From contig CAVJLG010000058.1 of the NCBI GenBank assembly GCA_963650135.1, forward strand, positions 436 through 64,435: a DNA stretch of 64,000 nt, given 5' to 3'. The position numbers and the translations under genes were made by a program. The first letter of the stretch is position 1, and every line of letters starts with the position of its first letter. Source of the DNA: Barnesiella intestinihominis (GTDB lineage Bacteria; Bacillota; Clostridia; Oscillospirales; Oscillospiraceae). Of the stretch, positions 54,961 to 64,000 are shown piece by piece. The notes below the pieces were generated by a model that ran no database searches, was not told where the DNA came from, and saw nothing but the letters and a program-made list of their open reading frames with translations.

Positions 54961-56265
54961 ATGGCTTCCTCCCGCATGACTGAGGTATACGAAAAGCTCT
55001 ATAAGGCAGTCTGCAACCAAAGCACCAACAACGTGGTCACTGTGGCCCACGATATTTTTGGAAAACCCGTGCTGTTCGTGGACGAATACTTTCATGTGGT
55101 ATCCATGCATCCGTCCGGTCCCATCGGCAACCCCCAATGGGACTCCATTTACAAAAACAAGGCGCTGAACCGCGAGCAGATTCTCCGGACCCTGGACGAA
55201 TTCCTCTCCGGAAAAAAAGCGTTTTACGAGCCCTTCTATGCCGCCACCGGTTCCTGTGAAAAATCCCCCCTTCTGTTTGCGGAAGTGGTGCAGGACAACA
55301 CGGTACACGGGCATATCATCGTGTTCTGGGACGGCGATCCCCCCACCGCCGAGGATTTTGAAATCATAGGTCTGGTGCTGGACGCCATCCGGCTTCGAAT
55401 CTCCAGCCGAATCAAATCCATGGGCACCTGGAACCTGGCGCTGTCCACCAAGCTGATGGACCTGCTGGCCCCCAGCACCCCTGTTCATCTGGAGCGGCTG
55501 GCCTGCGAGGCAATCTCAGGCACTATGCAGCCGGACTACACCATCTGCGTTACCACCATTGGTGCCCTTGCTTCCCAGCGGGCCTTTGCGGAATACGCCG
55601 TTCGGGAGCTTCAGCAGCTCTATCGCAACGTCATCTGCGTAATTTATGACAACAACATCGTCACCCTTTACGGCGGCGCTGCCCCCCACGGTTCCGGCAC
55701 GCCCCTGTCCAAATCCACCATGGCAGATCGGCTGTTTGAGTTCTTTGGCACCCATGATATGGTCTGCGGCCTCTCCGACAGCTTTAAAGACCCCGCCCAG
55801 ACCCGCTCCCACTACCGTCAGGCATTGCTCACCGCCCGTCTTGCTTTGCAGCTGGGCCGGGATAAGTCCACCACGTTTTCGGACCTGATGCCCCTGCCCA
55901 TTTTCCTGTCTGTGCTGGAAAAGGACACCCCGGAGACGTTTATTCATCCCGCCATCTTCCGAATGCGGGACTATGACCGTGAAAACGGCACCGCCTATGA
56001 CGAAACTATGCGGGTCTTCTCCTTCAATATGCACAATAAGGACCGCACCGCCGCCGCTTTGTGCATCCACCGGAACACCCTGCTCTATCGCTTGGGCCGA
56101 ATCAGCGACCTATTTGACCTGCCTTACGAGCATGACCAGGTGGCGCTGAATCTGCTGTGCAGCTATTTGATTCTGGAGCTGGGCCGCTACGGCTCGCCGC
56201 AAACCATGAGTCAGCTCTCCTCCACCGAATCCCCCGCCCCTTCCACAGACAACGCGGAAATTTGA
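54961..56265 (+). CDS. PucR-family transcriptional regulator
   Basis: C-terminal HTH AAALCIHRNTLLYRLGRISDLFDL. The start is trimmed to the ATG at 54961, after GGAGGTGAGG. Confidence 0.75.
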   Translation: MASSRMTEVYEKLYKAVCNQSTNNVVTVAHDIFGKPVLFVDEYFHVVSMHPSGPIGNPQWDSIYKNKALNREQILRTLDEFLSGKKAFYEPFYAATGSCEKSPLLFAEVVQDNTVHGHIIVFWDGDPPTAEDFEIIGLVLDAIRLRISSRIKSMGTWNLALSTKLMDLLAPSTPVHLERLACEAISGTMQPDYTICVTTIGALASQRAFAEYAVRELQQLYRNVICVIYDNNIVTLYGGAAPHGSGTPLSKSTMADRLFEFFGTHDMVCGLSDSFKDPAQTRSHYRQALLTARLALQLGRDKSTTFSDLMPLPIFLSVLEKDTPETFIHPAIFRMRDYDRENGTAYDETMRVFSFNMHNKDRTAAALCIHRNTLLYRLGRISDLFDLPYEHDQVALNLLCSYLILELGRYGSPQTMSQLSSTESPAPSTDNAEI

Positions 56266-56284
56266 TAAAAAGGATCTGATATCA

Positions 56285-57160
56285 TTGTCAAGCCGTGCAA
56301 AGGGCATTGTCAGCATCATTGGCGCCGCCCTTTCCTTCGCCCTTATGGGCACCTTTGTGCATTTGGCCGGAGATGTTCCCTCCATGCAGAAGGCCTTTTT
56401 CCGGAACGTGGTAGCGGCTGTTTTCTCGTTTATTATCATGCTGAAAAACCACGAGCCTTTCCACCCCCCCAAGCCCTCTCACTGGATCTACCTCTTAGCC
56501 CGGGCAGTCTTCGGCACCATCGGGCTAATCTGTAACTTTTACGCTGTGGACCATCTCATGCTGTCCGATGCCTCCATGCTCAACAAAATGTCCCCCTTCT
56601 TCGCCATCATCGTCTCCTATTTCCTCTTAAAGGAGAAGCTGAATTTTGTTCAGGCCGTCAGCGTGGTGCTGGCCTTCTTGGGTAGCCTGCTGATTATCAA
56701 GCCCAATCCCGCCAACATGGCGCTGGTGCCTTCGCTGGTGGGGCTGCTGGGCGGTTTCGGTGCTGGCGTGGCCTACGCCTTTGTGCGGTTTATGAGCAAA
56801 AAGGGCATCCACTCCCCGCTGATTATTTTTGTGTTCTCCGTTTTCTCCTGCCTGGTGTGTCTGCCCTTCTTCCTGACAACCCATGTGTCCATGGCCCCAG
56901 GGCAGCTGGCCTGTCTGCTGATGGCCGGTGTGTTTGCCTGCTCCGGGCAGTTCTGCGTTACCAACGCCTATAAGTTTGCCCCGGCGAAGGAGATTTCCGT
57001 CTACGACTATACCCAGGTTATCTTCTCCGCACTGCTGGGCTGGGCCATTTTCGGGCAGCTGCCGGATGGATGGAGCATTCTGGGCTATGTGATTATCTGC
57101 GGCATGGGCGTGTTCATGTTTCTCTACCAAAAGCGCCACGATCCTGCCCTCCCCGCTTAA
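56285..57160 (+). CDS. DMT superfamily (EamA-type) transporter
   Basis: Ten predicted TM segments, including GIVSIIGAALSFALMGTFVHLAG. Apparent TTG start. Confidence 0.75.
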   Translation: MSSRAKGIVSIIGAALSFALMGTFVHLAGDVPSMQKAFFRNVVAAVFSFIIMLKNHEPFHPPKPSHWIYLLARAVFGTIGLICNFYAVDHLMLSDASMLNKMSPFFAIIVSYFLLKEKLNFVQAVSVVLAFLGSLLIIKPNPANMALVPSLVGLLGGFGAGVAYAFVRFMSKKGIHSPLIIFVFSVFSCLVCLPFFLTTHVSMAPGQLACLLMAGVFACSGQFCVTNAYKFAPAKEISVYDYTQVIFSALLGWAIFGQLPDGWSILGYVIICGMGVFMFLYQKRHDPALPA

Positions 57161-57172
57161 AAATCTGAAAAT

Positions 57173-57208
57173 CTGCCGGAAAATCCGCGAGATTCTCCGG
57201 CAGTTTTC
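57173..57208 (+). terminator. Rho-independent terminator
   Basis: 8-bp stem ctgccgga / tccggcag, then T4. Confidence 0.6.
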
Positions 57209-57340
57209 TATATTTTAATGGTTTTTATGAACAATTCGAAAACATCTGCAAATCAGCCCCAGATGCTTGCATTCATGTGATATAATAATAGCAAAAAGCA
57301 GGGGATTCTTCCCCCAATTCTCAACGGAAGGTGTTTGATA

Positions 57341-58453
57341 ATGACAAAAATTGATATTTTCTCCGGTTTCCTTGGCGCCGGTAAGACCACGCTGATTAAA
57401 AAGCTGATTCAAGAGGTTTATGCCGGTCAGAAAATCGTGCTCATCGAGAACGAGTTCGGCGAAATCGGCATCGACGGCGGCTTCCTTCAGGAGGCCGGCA
57501 TTCAGATTACCGAGATGAACTCCGGCTGCATCTGCTGCTCTCTGGTGGGCGATTTCGGCGAGGCGCTGAAAAAGGTCATGGCGGAGTACCATCCTGACCG
57601 CATCCTCATCGAGCCCTCCGGCGTTGGCAAGCTCAGCGATGTTGCCCAGGCAGTGGAGCGCGCCGAGACTGACGAGATGGAAATCGGCTGCATGGTTGCA
57701 GTTGCCGACGCAACCAAGTGCAAGATCTATATGAAGAACTTCGGCGAATTTTATAACAATCAGATTGAAAATGCGGGAACCATTATCCTCTCCAGAACGT
57801 CTAATATGAAAGAGGACAAGCTACAGGCCGCCGTGGCCATGCTCCGGGAGAAGAACCCCACTGCCGTCATTGTCACCACCCCCTGGGATCAGCTCACCGG
57901 CGCTCAGCTGATGGAGGCCATGGAGCAGAAGGATTCTCTCCAGGCTGCCCTCGATGCACTGGAGGCCCATGGCGAGGACGAGTGCGACGATCCCGAGTGC
58001 TCCTGCCATCATCACGATCATGACCATGACGAACACGAACATCATCACGATCATAACCACGATGCGCACGAGCATCACCACGATCACGACCATGACGAGC
58101 ATGAGCATCATCACGATCATGACCACGATGCGCATGAACATCATCATGACCATGACCATCATCACCATCACCATGCCGACGAGGTGTTCACCTCCTGGGG
58201 CATGGAGACGCCCAAGACCTTTACGCAGGAGAAGATCGCCCAGTGCCTCAGCGCTCTGGAGGATCAGGAAACCTATGGTATCATTCTCCGTGCAAAGGGC
58301 ATTGTTCCCGGCGAAAACGGCCAGTGGATTCACTTCGACTATGTGCCCGGCGAGCCGGATATTCGCACCGGCAGCGCTGGTATCATCGGCAGACTCTGCG
58401 TCATCGGCTCCAAGATCAATGAGGCCGCCATTGCAGAACTGTTCCAGGGCTGA
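57341..58453 (+). CDS. COG0523 (CobW/G3E) metallochaperone GTPase with a His/Asp/Glu-rich insert
   Basis: Walker A GFLGAGKTTL, metal motif GCICCS, ENEFGEIGID, and a 56-aa H/D/E tract. The ATG at 57341 follows GGAAGGTG. Confidence 0.85.
   Translation: MTKIDIFSGFLGAGKTTLIKKLIQEVYAGQKIVLIENEFGEIGIDGGFLQEAGIQITEMNSGCICCSLVGDFGEALKKVMAEYHPDRILIEPSGVGKLSDVAQAVERAETDEMEIGCMVAVADATKCKIYMKNFGEFYNNQIENAGTIILSRTSNMKEDKLQAAVAMLREKNPTAVIVTTPWDQLTGAQLMEAMEQKDSLQAALDALEAHGEDECDDPECSCHHHDHDHDEHEHHHDHNHDAHEHHHDHDHDEHEHHHDHDHDAHEHHHDHDHHHHHHADEVFTSWGMETPKTFTQEKIAQCLSALEDQETYGIILRAKGIVPGENGQWIHFDYVPGEPDIRTGSAGIIGRLCVIGSKINEAAIAELFQG
58007..58174 (+). repeat. Coding low-complexity His/Asp/Glu tract with an internal near-repeat (HEHHHDH-HD)
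   Basis: Encodes HHHDHDHDEHEHHHDHNHDAHEHHHDHDHDEHEHHHDHDHDAHEHHHDHDHHHHHH. Confidence 0.9.
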
Positions 58454-58470
58454 GAAAGGTAGGCGCGTAT

Positions 58471-59409
58471 ATGGCAATTCCCGTATATGTATTCACCGGC
58501 TTTCTCGACAGCGGCAAAACCCGCTTTATGCAGGGCACCCTGGAGGATGACCGGTTCAACGCCGGGGAAAAGACGCTGCTTCTGGTCTGCGAGGAGGGCG
58601 AAGAGGAATACGATCCCTCCGCTTTCTCCGCTCCCAACGTCTATATTGAGGTGATTGAAGACCAGGATGCCCTGGACGACAAGGCCTTGGAGGCGCTCCG
58701 GAAAAAGCACCACGCCGAGCGGGTGTGCGTAGAGCTCAACGGCATGAAGCTGGTCAGTGATTTCTATGCCAAGCTGCCGAAGAACTGGGTGGTTTATCAG
58801 GAGATCATGTTCGCCGACGCCACCACCTTTGTGATGTACAACGCCAATATGCGCTCTCTGGTGGTGGATAAGGTGGGCGGCTGTGAGATGATCGTCTTCA
58901 ACCGCTACAACGATTCCATCGACAAAATGGAGCTGCATAAAATCGTCCGCGGCATCAACCGCCGCTGCGACATCGCCTATGAAGACGAGGACGGCAAGGT
59001 GGAGTATGATGAAATCGAAGATCCCCTGCCCTTTGATTTAAACGCCGATATCATCGACATCAAAGACGACGACTATGGCATCTGGTACCGGGACGTCACC
59101 GAGGATATGCAGAAGTATTCCGGCAAAACCGTCCGGTTTAAGGCCCAGGTTGCCCACACAAAAAAAGTGGAAAAAGGCTGCTTTGTCCCTGGCCGGTTTG
59201 TTATGACCTGCTGCGTAGAGGACATTCAGTTCATGGGCTTTGTATGCCAGTACGACGGCGCCCAGGAGCTGGAGCAGCGCAGTTGGATCACCGTAACCGC
59301 CAAGATTTCTCTGCGGTATCACAAGCTCTATAAGGAGATGGGCCCTGTGCTCACCGCCCTGAGCATTGAGCCCGCAGAAAAGCCCGAGCAGGACGTGGTG
59401 ACCTTCTAA
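58471..59409 (+). CDS. COG0523-related GTP-binding protein paralog lacking the CxCC motif
   Basis: P-loop GFLDSGKTRF. The CxCC position reads LLLVCEEGEEEY, so the motif is absent. The C-terminal domain has MTCCVEDIQFMGFVCQ. It starts 17 nt after the preceding gene. Confidence 0.6.
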   Translation: MAIPVYVFTGFLDSGKTRFMQGTLEDDRFNAGEKTLLLVCEEGEEEYDPSAFSAPNVYIEVIEDQDALDDKALEALRKKHHAERVCVELNGMKLVSDFYAKLPKNWVVYQEIMFADATTFVMYNANMRSLVVDKVGGCEMIVFNRYNDSIDKMELHKIVRGINRRCDIAYEDEDGKVEYDEIEDPLPFDLNADIIDIKDDDYGIWYRDVTEDMQKYSGKTVRFKAQVAHTKKVEKGCFVPGRFVMTCCVEDIQFMGFVCQYDGAQELEQRSWITVTAKISLRYHKLYKEMGPVLTALSIEPAEKPEQDVVTF

Positions 59410-59444
59410 CACTACTGTTTGATTAAAATTTGAAGGAGTTTTCT

Positions 59445-60947
59445 ATGGCAAATCGAAGCAATCCCAATCCGCACCGAGGCGGTGGCTCGCCCGCCGGTGA
59501 TATGGACGAGACGCAGGTCTTCCGTCCGGTCCGCGGCGGCCAGAATTACAGCAATGCCCAAAACGGCGGTTATTCCAACGACGGCGGATATTACGACGGT
59601 TCCTACGACGATTCCTACAACAATGCTTATCAAAGCGGTTATGACGGCTATAGCGACTACAATAGCGGTTATGACAGCGAATTCGACTATGACCAGGGCC
59701 ACGACCAAGGCTATAGCCAGGGCGGCTATGACCAGAATGGCTATAACCAGGACTACAACAACGGCTACGACAATGGTTACTCCGACGGCTATTATGACGA
59801 CGGCTATCAGCAGCCCGCCCGTCCCCGGGAAACCCTGGCCTCCAGAGCTGCCGGACGGTCCAATACCGAGCCCTATCGCCGCCCTTCCGGTCACGCCAAT
59901 TCGTCCCGGAATCAAAAGGCAGCCCGGCGAGAACGCTATGACGACAGTTATCAGCAGCCCGCTCCCCGCCGTCGCCGAAAGAAAAAGCATCATCCCTTCC
60001 GCAATTTCCTGATTTTCCTGCTGATTTTGGCAGCACTGATTGCCGGGGCTTATTTCCTGCTGTTCCGTGCGCCTACCCAATCCCAGGACGGTGTGCATAC
60101 CCGGAAGGATGGCTTCTATAACATTCTCCTGTGCGCCACCGACGAAGAGGGCACCCGCACAGACACCATTATGATCGCCACACTGGATCAGGAAAACGGC
60201 CAAATCTCGCTGACCAGCATCCCCCGTGACACCATTGTGGACAATGGCGAAGCCGTCCCGAAAATCAACGGCGTTTATGCCATTGCAGGCTGCGGCGATG
60301 CGGGTGCCAATGCGCTGATGGATCAAGTGGAAACCATCCTGGGCTTCCGGCCCGACGGCTACGCCATCATCAGCTATGAGATCTTCAAGGATGTGGTGGA
60401 CGCCATGGGCGGCATCACCTTTGACGTTCCCATGGACATGGAGGTGGACGGCACCTATATCTCCGGCGGCGAGCAGGAGCTGGACGGCGATTTGGCCCTG
60501 AAGGTCTGCCGCTTCCGTCACGGCTATGCCATGGCAGACATTCAGCGGGAATACGTTCAGCAGACCTTTATTAAGGCCATGGTGAAGCAGTGCATGTCCC
60601 CCAGTATGCTGCCGAAGTTCCCGGCCATCTATAAAGCCGCAATGTCCAATATCATCACCGATTTGGACGACGCGAATCTCCGGTATCTGGCCCTGCATGT
60701 ACTGTTGGCCGGCACCGGCGACATTCAGCAGAACACACTGCCCGGCGAAGGCGTCAGCTATAACGGCGCTTCCTGCTATGGCCTCTATGGTCAGAGCGTG
60801 GTGGACCTGGTGAATCAGGTGATGAATCCCTATACCGAGGACCTCACCATTGACGATGTGCATATTCTCACCGTCTCCGAGGGTTCCCTGGTGGAGAGCA
60901 CCTGGACCGGCACCGCCTTCGACGCCAGCACCTATCAATACAACTAA
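59445..60947 (+). CDS. LCP (LytR-CpsA-Psr) family cell-wall glycopolymer ligase with a long low-complexity cytoplasmic N-terminus
   Basis: TM helix FLIFLLILAALIAGAYFLLF, then YNILLCATDEEGTRTDTIMIATLDQENGQISLTSIPRDT. The ATG at 59445 follows AAGGAG; the track TTG at 59430 was rejected. Confidence 0.85.
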   Translation: MANRSNPNPHRGGGSPAGDMDETQVFRPVRGGQNYSNAQNGGYSNDGGYYDGSYDDSYNNAYQSGYDGYSDYNSGYDSEFDYDQGHDQGYSQGGYDQNGYNQDYNNGYDNGYSDGYYDDGYQQPARPRETLASRAAGRSNTEPYRRPSGHANSSRNQKAARRERYDDSYQQPAPRRRRKKKHHPFRNFLIFLLILAALIAGAYFLLFRAPTQSQDGVHTRKDGFYNILLCATDEEGTRTDTIMIATLDQENGQISLTSIPRDTIVDNGEAVPKINGVYAIAGCGDAGANALMDQVETILGFRPDGYAIISYEIFKDVVDAMGGITFDVPMDMEVDGTYISGGEQELDGDLALKVCRFRHGYAMADIQREYVQQTFIKAMVKQCMSPSMLPKFPAIYKAAMSNIITDLDDANLRYLALHVLLAGTGDIQQNTLPGEGVSYNGASCYGLYGQSVVDLVNQVMNPYTEDLTIDDVHILTVSEGSLVESTWTGTAFDASTYQYN

Positions 60948-60952
60948 ACACG

Positions 60953-60993
60953 AAAAATGGACGCAGCTCAATTTGAACTGCGTCCTATTTTTA
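60953..60993. terminator. Bidirectional terminator between convergent genes
   Basis: 8-bp stem ggacgcag / ctgcgtcc, flanked by A5 and TATTTTTA. Confidence 0.7.
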
Positions 60994-60999
60994 TACCTT

Positions 61000-62334
61000 T
61001 TATGCGTTCATCCACCGAAGTCCCTTGGGGAAGTGGTTTTTCAGCTGACCGCCGGAGCCTTTGGCCCAGCCCAGCGAAAGCCCATCCACGGTAATCAGCG
61101 TCCAGCCGTTTGCCGTCCCCGGGAGCACCTGTCCCTGGAGATAGGAAAGCACCCGGGAATCCTCAGAGGAAAGATTTTCCGTCACCGCCGCCGTCTCCAG
61201 CCATAGGGCCAGGGCATGGGCCGGTTCAAATCGTCCTTTTTTCGCCTGCCCCAGCTCCAGTCCCGGGCGCAGGACCTTGAGCTCCTTGAGCTCCGGCATC
61301 TCTTTGGGGCAGAGGTAGATGGATGGGCCAAAGGAAATGAGCCGCCCTTCCGGCAGGGTAATGTCCATGCGGTCTAAGAATTCCTTTAACTCTGCGGGCA
61401 TCTTGATTTCCGCAGGCTTTGGCAGCTCTGCGGGAACGGCGTCGCCGTCTTTTTTCAGCAGCGCCGCAAAATGTCCTTCTCCGGAGAGCTGATGGGGCCA
61501 CAGCCGGAAGGTGTTTTGCAGCTCGGGATTGTTCCCTTCGGCCCATTCCGGCCTGCCAGGTGCCAACCAGGGCATATCCGCCTTTTCCACACGAAAATCC
61601 GGATGCCGCTGCAAAAACGCGCCAATGGCTCCCTCGTCCTCTTCCGGTGCAAAGGTACAGGTAGAGTAGCAGAGATAGCCCCCGGGACGAAGCATATTGG
61701 CTGCGGAATCCAGAATTTCGCTCTGCCGGGCCGCGCACATTTTTACCGTCTCCGGGCTCCAATCGGTCACTGCCGCTTCTTCCTTCCGGAACATCCCCTC
61801 CCCGGAACAGGGCGCATCCACCAGAATCCGGTCAAAAAAGCCCGCAAATCGTTGTTCCAAATCTCTGGGATGCATATTGAGCACCAGGGCATTGGCGATT
61901 CCCATCCGTTCGATATTCCGGGACAGGATTTTCGCCCGCTTGGGATTGATCTCATTGGCAACCAGCAGTCCCTGTCCCGCCAGCATATCGCCCAGCTGGG
62001 TGGACTTTCCCCCGGGAGCCGCGCAAAGATCCAGCACCCGCTCCCCGGGCTGAGGCCCCAGCAGCGTGGCCGGGGCCATGGCCGAGGGTTCCTGCAAATA
62101 GTATAGTCCGGCTTCATGATAGGGATGCTTTCCCGGGCGGCTTTCCGGATCATAGGCATAGCCGTTCTTTGCCCAGGGAATCGGTTCCCGCAAGAACGGC
62201 AGGGTTCCATCCAGATGCTTTCTTGCCGACAGCCGCAGCCCCTTTTGCATCGGGCGGTCATAAGCAGCTAAAAAGTCCGCATATTCCGCCCCCAACAGGG
62301 CTTCCATTCGGGTTAAAAATTCAGGTGGGAGCAT
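61000..62334 (-). CDS. rsmF: RsmB/RsmF-family 16S rRNA m5C methyltransferase (NOL1/NOP2/Sun)
   Basis: VLDLCAAPGGKSTQL...ANEINPKRAKIL...DRILVDAPCSGEGMFRK...YSTCTF. The start is trimmed to the ATG at 62334, after AGGAGAG. Confidence 0.8.
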   Translation of the reverse strand: MLPPEFLTRMEALLGAEYADFLAAYDRPMQKGLRLSARKHLDGTLPFLREPIPWAKNGYAYDPESRPGKHPYHEAGLYYLQEPSAMAPATLLGPQPGERVLDLCAAPGGKSTQLGDMLAGQGLLVANEINPKRAKILSRNIERMGIANALVLNMHPRDLEQRFAGFFDRILVDAPCSGEGMFRKEEAAVTDWSPETVKMCAARQSEILDSAANMLRPGGYLCYSTCTFAPEEDEGAIGAFLQRHPDFRVEKADMPWLAPGRPEWAEGNNPELQNTFRLWPHQLSGEGHFAALLKKDGDAVPAELPKPAEIKMPAELKEFLDRMDITLPEGRLISFGPSIYLCPKEMPELKELKVLRPGLELGQAKKGRFEPAHALALWLETAAVTENLSSEDSRVLSYLQGQVLPGTANGWTLITVDGLSLGWAKGSGGQLKNHFPKGLRWMNA

Positions 62335-62353
62335 ATCATCTCTCCTTTTCGGT

Positions 62354-62379
62354 ACAAAAAAGGGGACCAAACGGTCCCC
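62354..62379 (-). terminator. Rho-independent terminator after typA
   Basis: Minus-sense stem GGGGACC / GGTCCCC, then U6. Confidence 0.7.
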
Positions 62380-62402
62380 TTTCGATTTGTGCGTTACGAA
62401 TT

Positions 62403-64000
62403 TTACTTTTTTCCGCCCTTCAGCGCCTTCATGCGGTCTGCATGGTTGAGAATTCTCTTACGCATACGCAGGGTCTTGGGGGTAACCTCCAAAATCTCGT
62501 CGTCTGCCAGATACTCCAGGCACTGCTCCAGGCTCATCTGCTTGGGGGGAATCAGCCGCAGCGCATCATCGGAGCCGGAAGCACGGGTATTGGTCAGGTG
62601 CTTTGCCTTGCAGACGTTGACGGTGATATCCTCCATCCGGGGGTTGGAACCAATCACCATGCCCTCGTATACGGGAACACCTGCGCCGATGAACAGGGTG
62701 CCGCGCTCCTGGGCATTATACAGGCCATAGGTGATAGACTCGCCGGTTTCGAAGGAAATCAGGCTGCCGGTGCGGCGGCGCTGAATGTCGCCCTTATAGG
62801 GCTGATAGCTGTCGAACACGGAGGCCATAATGCCCTCGCCCTTGGTATCGGTGAGGAACTCGTTCCGATAGCCAAACAGGCCCCGGGAAGGAACCAGGAA
62901 GGTGATCTTCATACGGGTGGAGCCCAGAGGGGTCATCTCCAGCAGGTCGCCCTTACGGTTGCCCATCTTCTCAATGACGGCGCCCACACAATCAGAGGGA
63001 ACGTCGCAAACCAGCCGCTCCATAGGCTCGCACTTTACGCCGTCAATCTCCTGATACAGTACGCGGGGAGGAGAAACCTGGAACTCATAGCCCTCCCGGC
63101 GCATGGTCTCGATGAGGATACTCAGGTGCATCTCACCACGGCCTGCCACATAGAAGGCATCGGTGGAACCCTCGGCCTCGGTGACGCGGAGGGATACGTC
63201 CTTCAAAAGCTCCTTCTCCAGGCGCTCGCGGATCTGGCGAGAGGTAACATACTTGCCCTCCTTGCCTGCGAAAGGAGAATCGTTGATGGTAAAGGTCATC
63301 TCCATGGTGGGCTTGGAAATCTTCACAAAGTCCAGGGGCTCCACATTGGAGGGGACGCAGATGGTGTCGCCGATGGTGATGTTACCGATGCCGCTCAGTG
63401 CAACAATGTTGCCGGCGGTTGCCTGGGTAACGGGCACACGGTTCAGGCCGTCGAACTCATAAAGGCTTACGGCCTTGAGCTTTTTGGATACCTGATCGGG
63501 GTCATGGTAGTTACATACCACGATCTCGTCGTTCTGATGGACCACGCCCCGTTCAATTCGGCCAATGGCAATCCGGCCCACAAACTCGTTATAGTCGATG
63601 GAGGAAACCAGCATCTGGAACGGCTGATCCACATCGGCCTCGGGCCCGGGGATATAGTCCAGGATGGTGTCAAACAGGGGCTGAAGATCGGTGCCCACCA
63701 CATCCGGAGAATAGGATGCAGTGCCCTGACGGCCGGAGCAGAACAGCATGGGGCTCTCCAGCTGGTCGTCGGTAGCGTCCAGGTCGATGAGCAGCTCCAG
63801 CACCTCGTCCACAACCTCCAGCACGCGCTGGTCAGGCCGGTCGATCTTGTTGACAACCACGATCACGCGATGGCCCAGCTCCAGTGCCTTGGACAGCACG
63901 AAACGGGTCTGGGGCATGGGGCCCTCTGCTGCGTCCACCAACAGGATAACGCCGTTGACCATCTTGAGGATACGCTCTACCTCGCCGCCGAAGTCCGCAT
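62403..64000 (-). CDS. typA: Translational GTPase TypA/BipA (C-terminal about 530 aa; N-terminus beyond the right edge)
   Basis: The reading frame stays open to the window end: ...ADFGGEVERILKMVNGVILLVDAAEGPMPQTRFVLSKALELGHRVIVVVNKIDR. Confidence 0.9.
   Translation of the reverse strand, partial: ADFGGEVERILKMVNGVILLVDAAEGPMPQTRFVLSKALELGHRVIVVVNKIDRPDQRVLEVVDEVLELLIDLDATDDQLESPMLFCSGRQGTASYSPDVVGTDLQPLFDTILDYIPGPEADVDQPFQMLVSSIDYNEFVGRIAIGRIERGVVHQNDEIVVCNYHDPDQVSKKLKAVSLYEFDGLNRVPVTQATAGNIVALSGIGNITIGDTICVPSNVEPLDFVKISKPTMEMTFTINDSPFAGKEGKYVTSRQIRERLEKELLKDVSLRVTEAEGSTDAFYVAGRGEMHLSILIETMRREGYEFQVSPPRVLYQEIDGVKCEPMERLVCDVPSDCVGAVIEKMGNRKGDLLEMTPLGSTRMKITFLVPSRGLFGYRNEFLTDTKGEGIMASVFDSYQPYKGDIQRRRTGSLISFETGESITYGLYNAQERGTLFIGAGVPVYEGMVIGSNPRMEDITVNVCKAKHLTNTRASGSDDALRLIPPKQMSLEQCLEYLADDEILEVTPKTLRMRKRILNHADRMKALKGGKK

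Noticed and set aside
57215-57340. Zur/Fur-type operator upstream of the COG0523 gene
   Set aside because: No 7-1-7 or 9-1-9 AT-rich palindrome resembling known Zur boxes is present. ATGAACAATTCGAAAACAT is not self-complementary beyond TTCGAA.
59412-60971. 519-aa minus-strand ORF
   Set aside because: Antisense to the LCP gene. It is a Val/Ile/Ala/Gly repeat translation that mirrors the Tyr/Asp-rich coding repeats.
1-64000. Mobile elements, prophage, defence islands, tRNA/rRNA genes
   Set aside because: I recognised no integrase, transposase, recombinase, restriction, Cas, toxin-antitoxin or phage structural signatures in any frame, and no cloverleaf-like or rRNA-like sequence in the intergenic regions. 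The only compositional anomaly is the 10.0-10.9 kb non-coding locus.

Overview
GC-rich chromosomal segment of a Gram-positive anaerobe. The gene content (glgD, Rex, an SLH-domain protein, choloylglycine hydrolase, a T-box leader) suggests a gut Clostridia / Oscillospiraceae-like organism, but the taxon is inference only. I support about 80 protein genes, mostly on the minus strand. I saw no rRNA or tRNA genes, no CRISPR array and no transposase, integrase or phage genes, so this looks like core genome rather than an island.

Main blocks, left to right:
- dagK plus a PrsA-like PPIase.
- An orphan sugar-type solute-binding lipoprotein plus a BKACE enzyme.
- A four-subunit 2-oxoacid:ferredoxin oxidoreductase operon (gamma-delta-alpha-beta).
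- A seven-gene glycogen operon: glgB-glgP-glgC-glgD-glgA, a GH13::GH77 fusion, then thpR.
- A DMT transporter, two tandem acyltransferase-3 paralogs and an AraC regulator.
- queH, a DinB-like protein and rex.
- The rpmH-rnpA-yidD-yidC-jag cluster.
- A polar amino-acid ABC importer plus a DapF-like epimerase.
- A trio of flavoproteins.
- A CE4 deacetylase, a transglutaminase-SLH protein and bsh.
- MOSC, Rrf2, and a GT2/CDP-alcohol transferase pair.
- MATE, cvpA, cca, the UPF0210/ACT pair, and an HD nucleotidase.
- PucR and a second DMT transporter.
- Two COG0523-type GTPases plus an LCP ligase.
- rsmF and a partial typA.

Most unusual observations:
1. A low-GC locus of about 0.9 kb (about 10.0-10.9 kb) has no credible ORF. 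It is framed by a consensus promoter and a strong terminator and predicts a stand-alone RNA of about 620 nt. That RNA carries five repeated modules, each a Shine-Dalgarno-like element, a start codon, 1-2 codons and a stop. I cannot assign it to a known RNA family.
2. A canonical T-box leader with an AUC (Ile) specifier sits in front of the POR-like oxidoreductase operon.
3. A perfect (GGP)n tract lies inside a DinB-like protein and contains an exact 45-nt tandem duplication.
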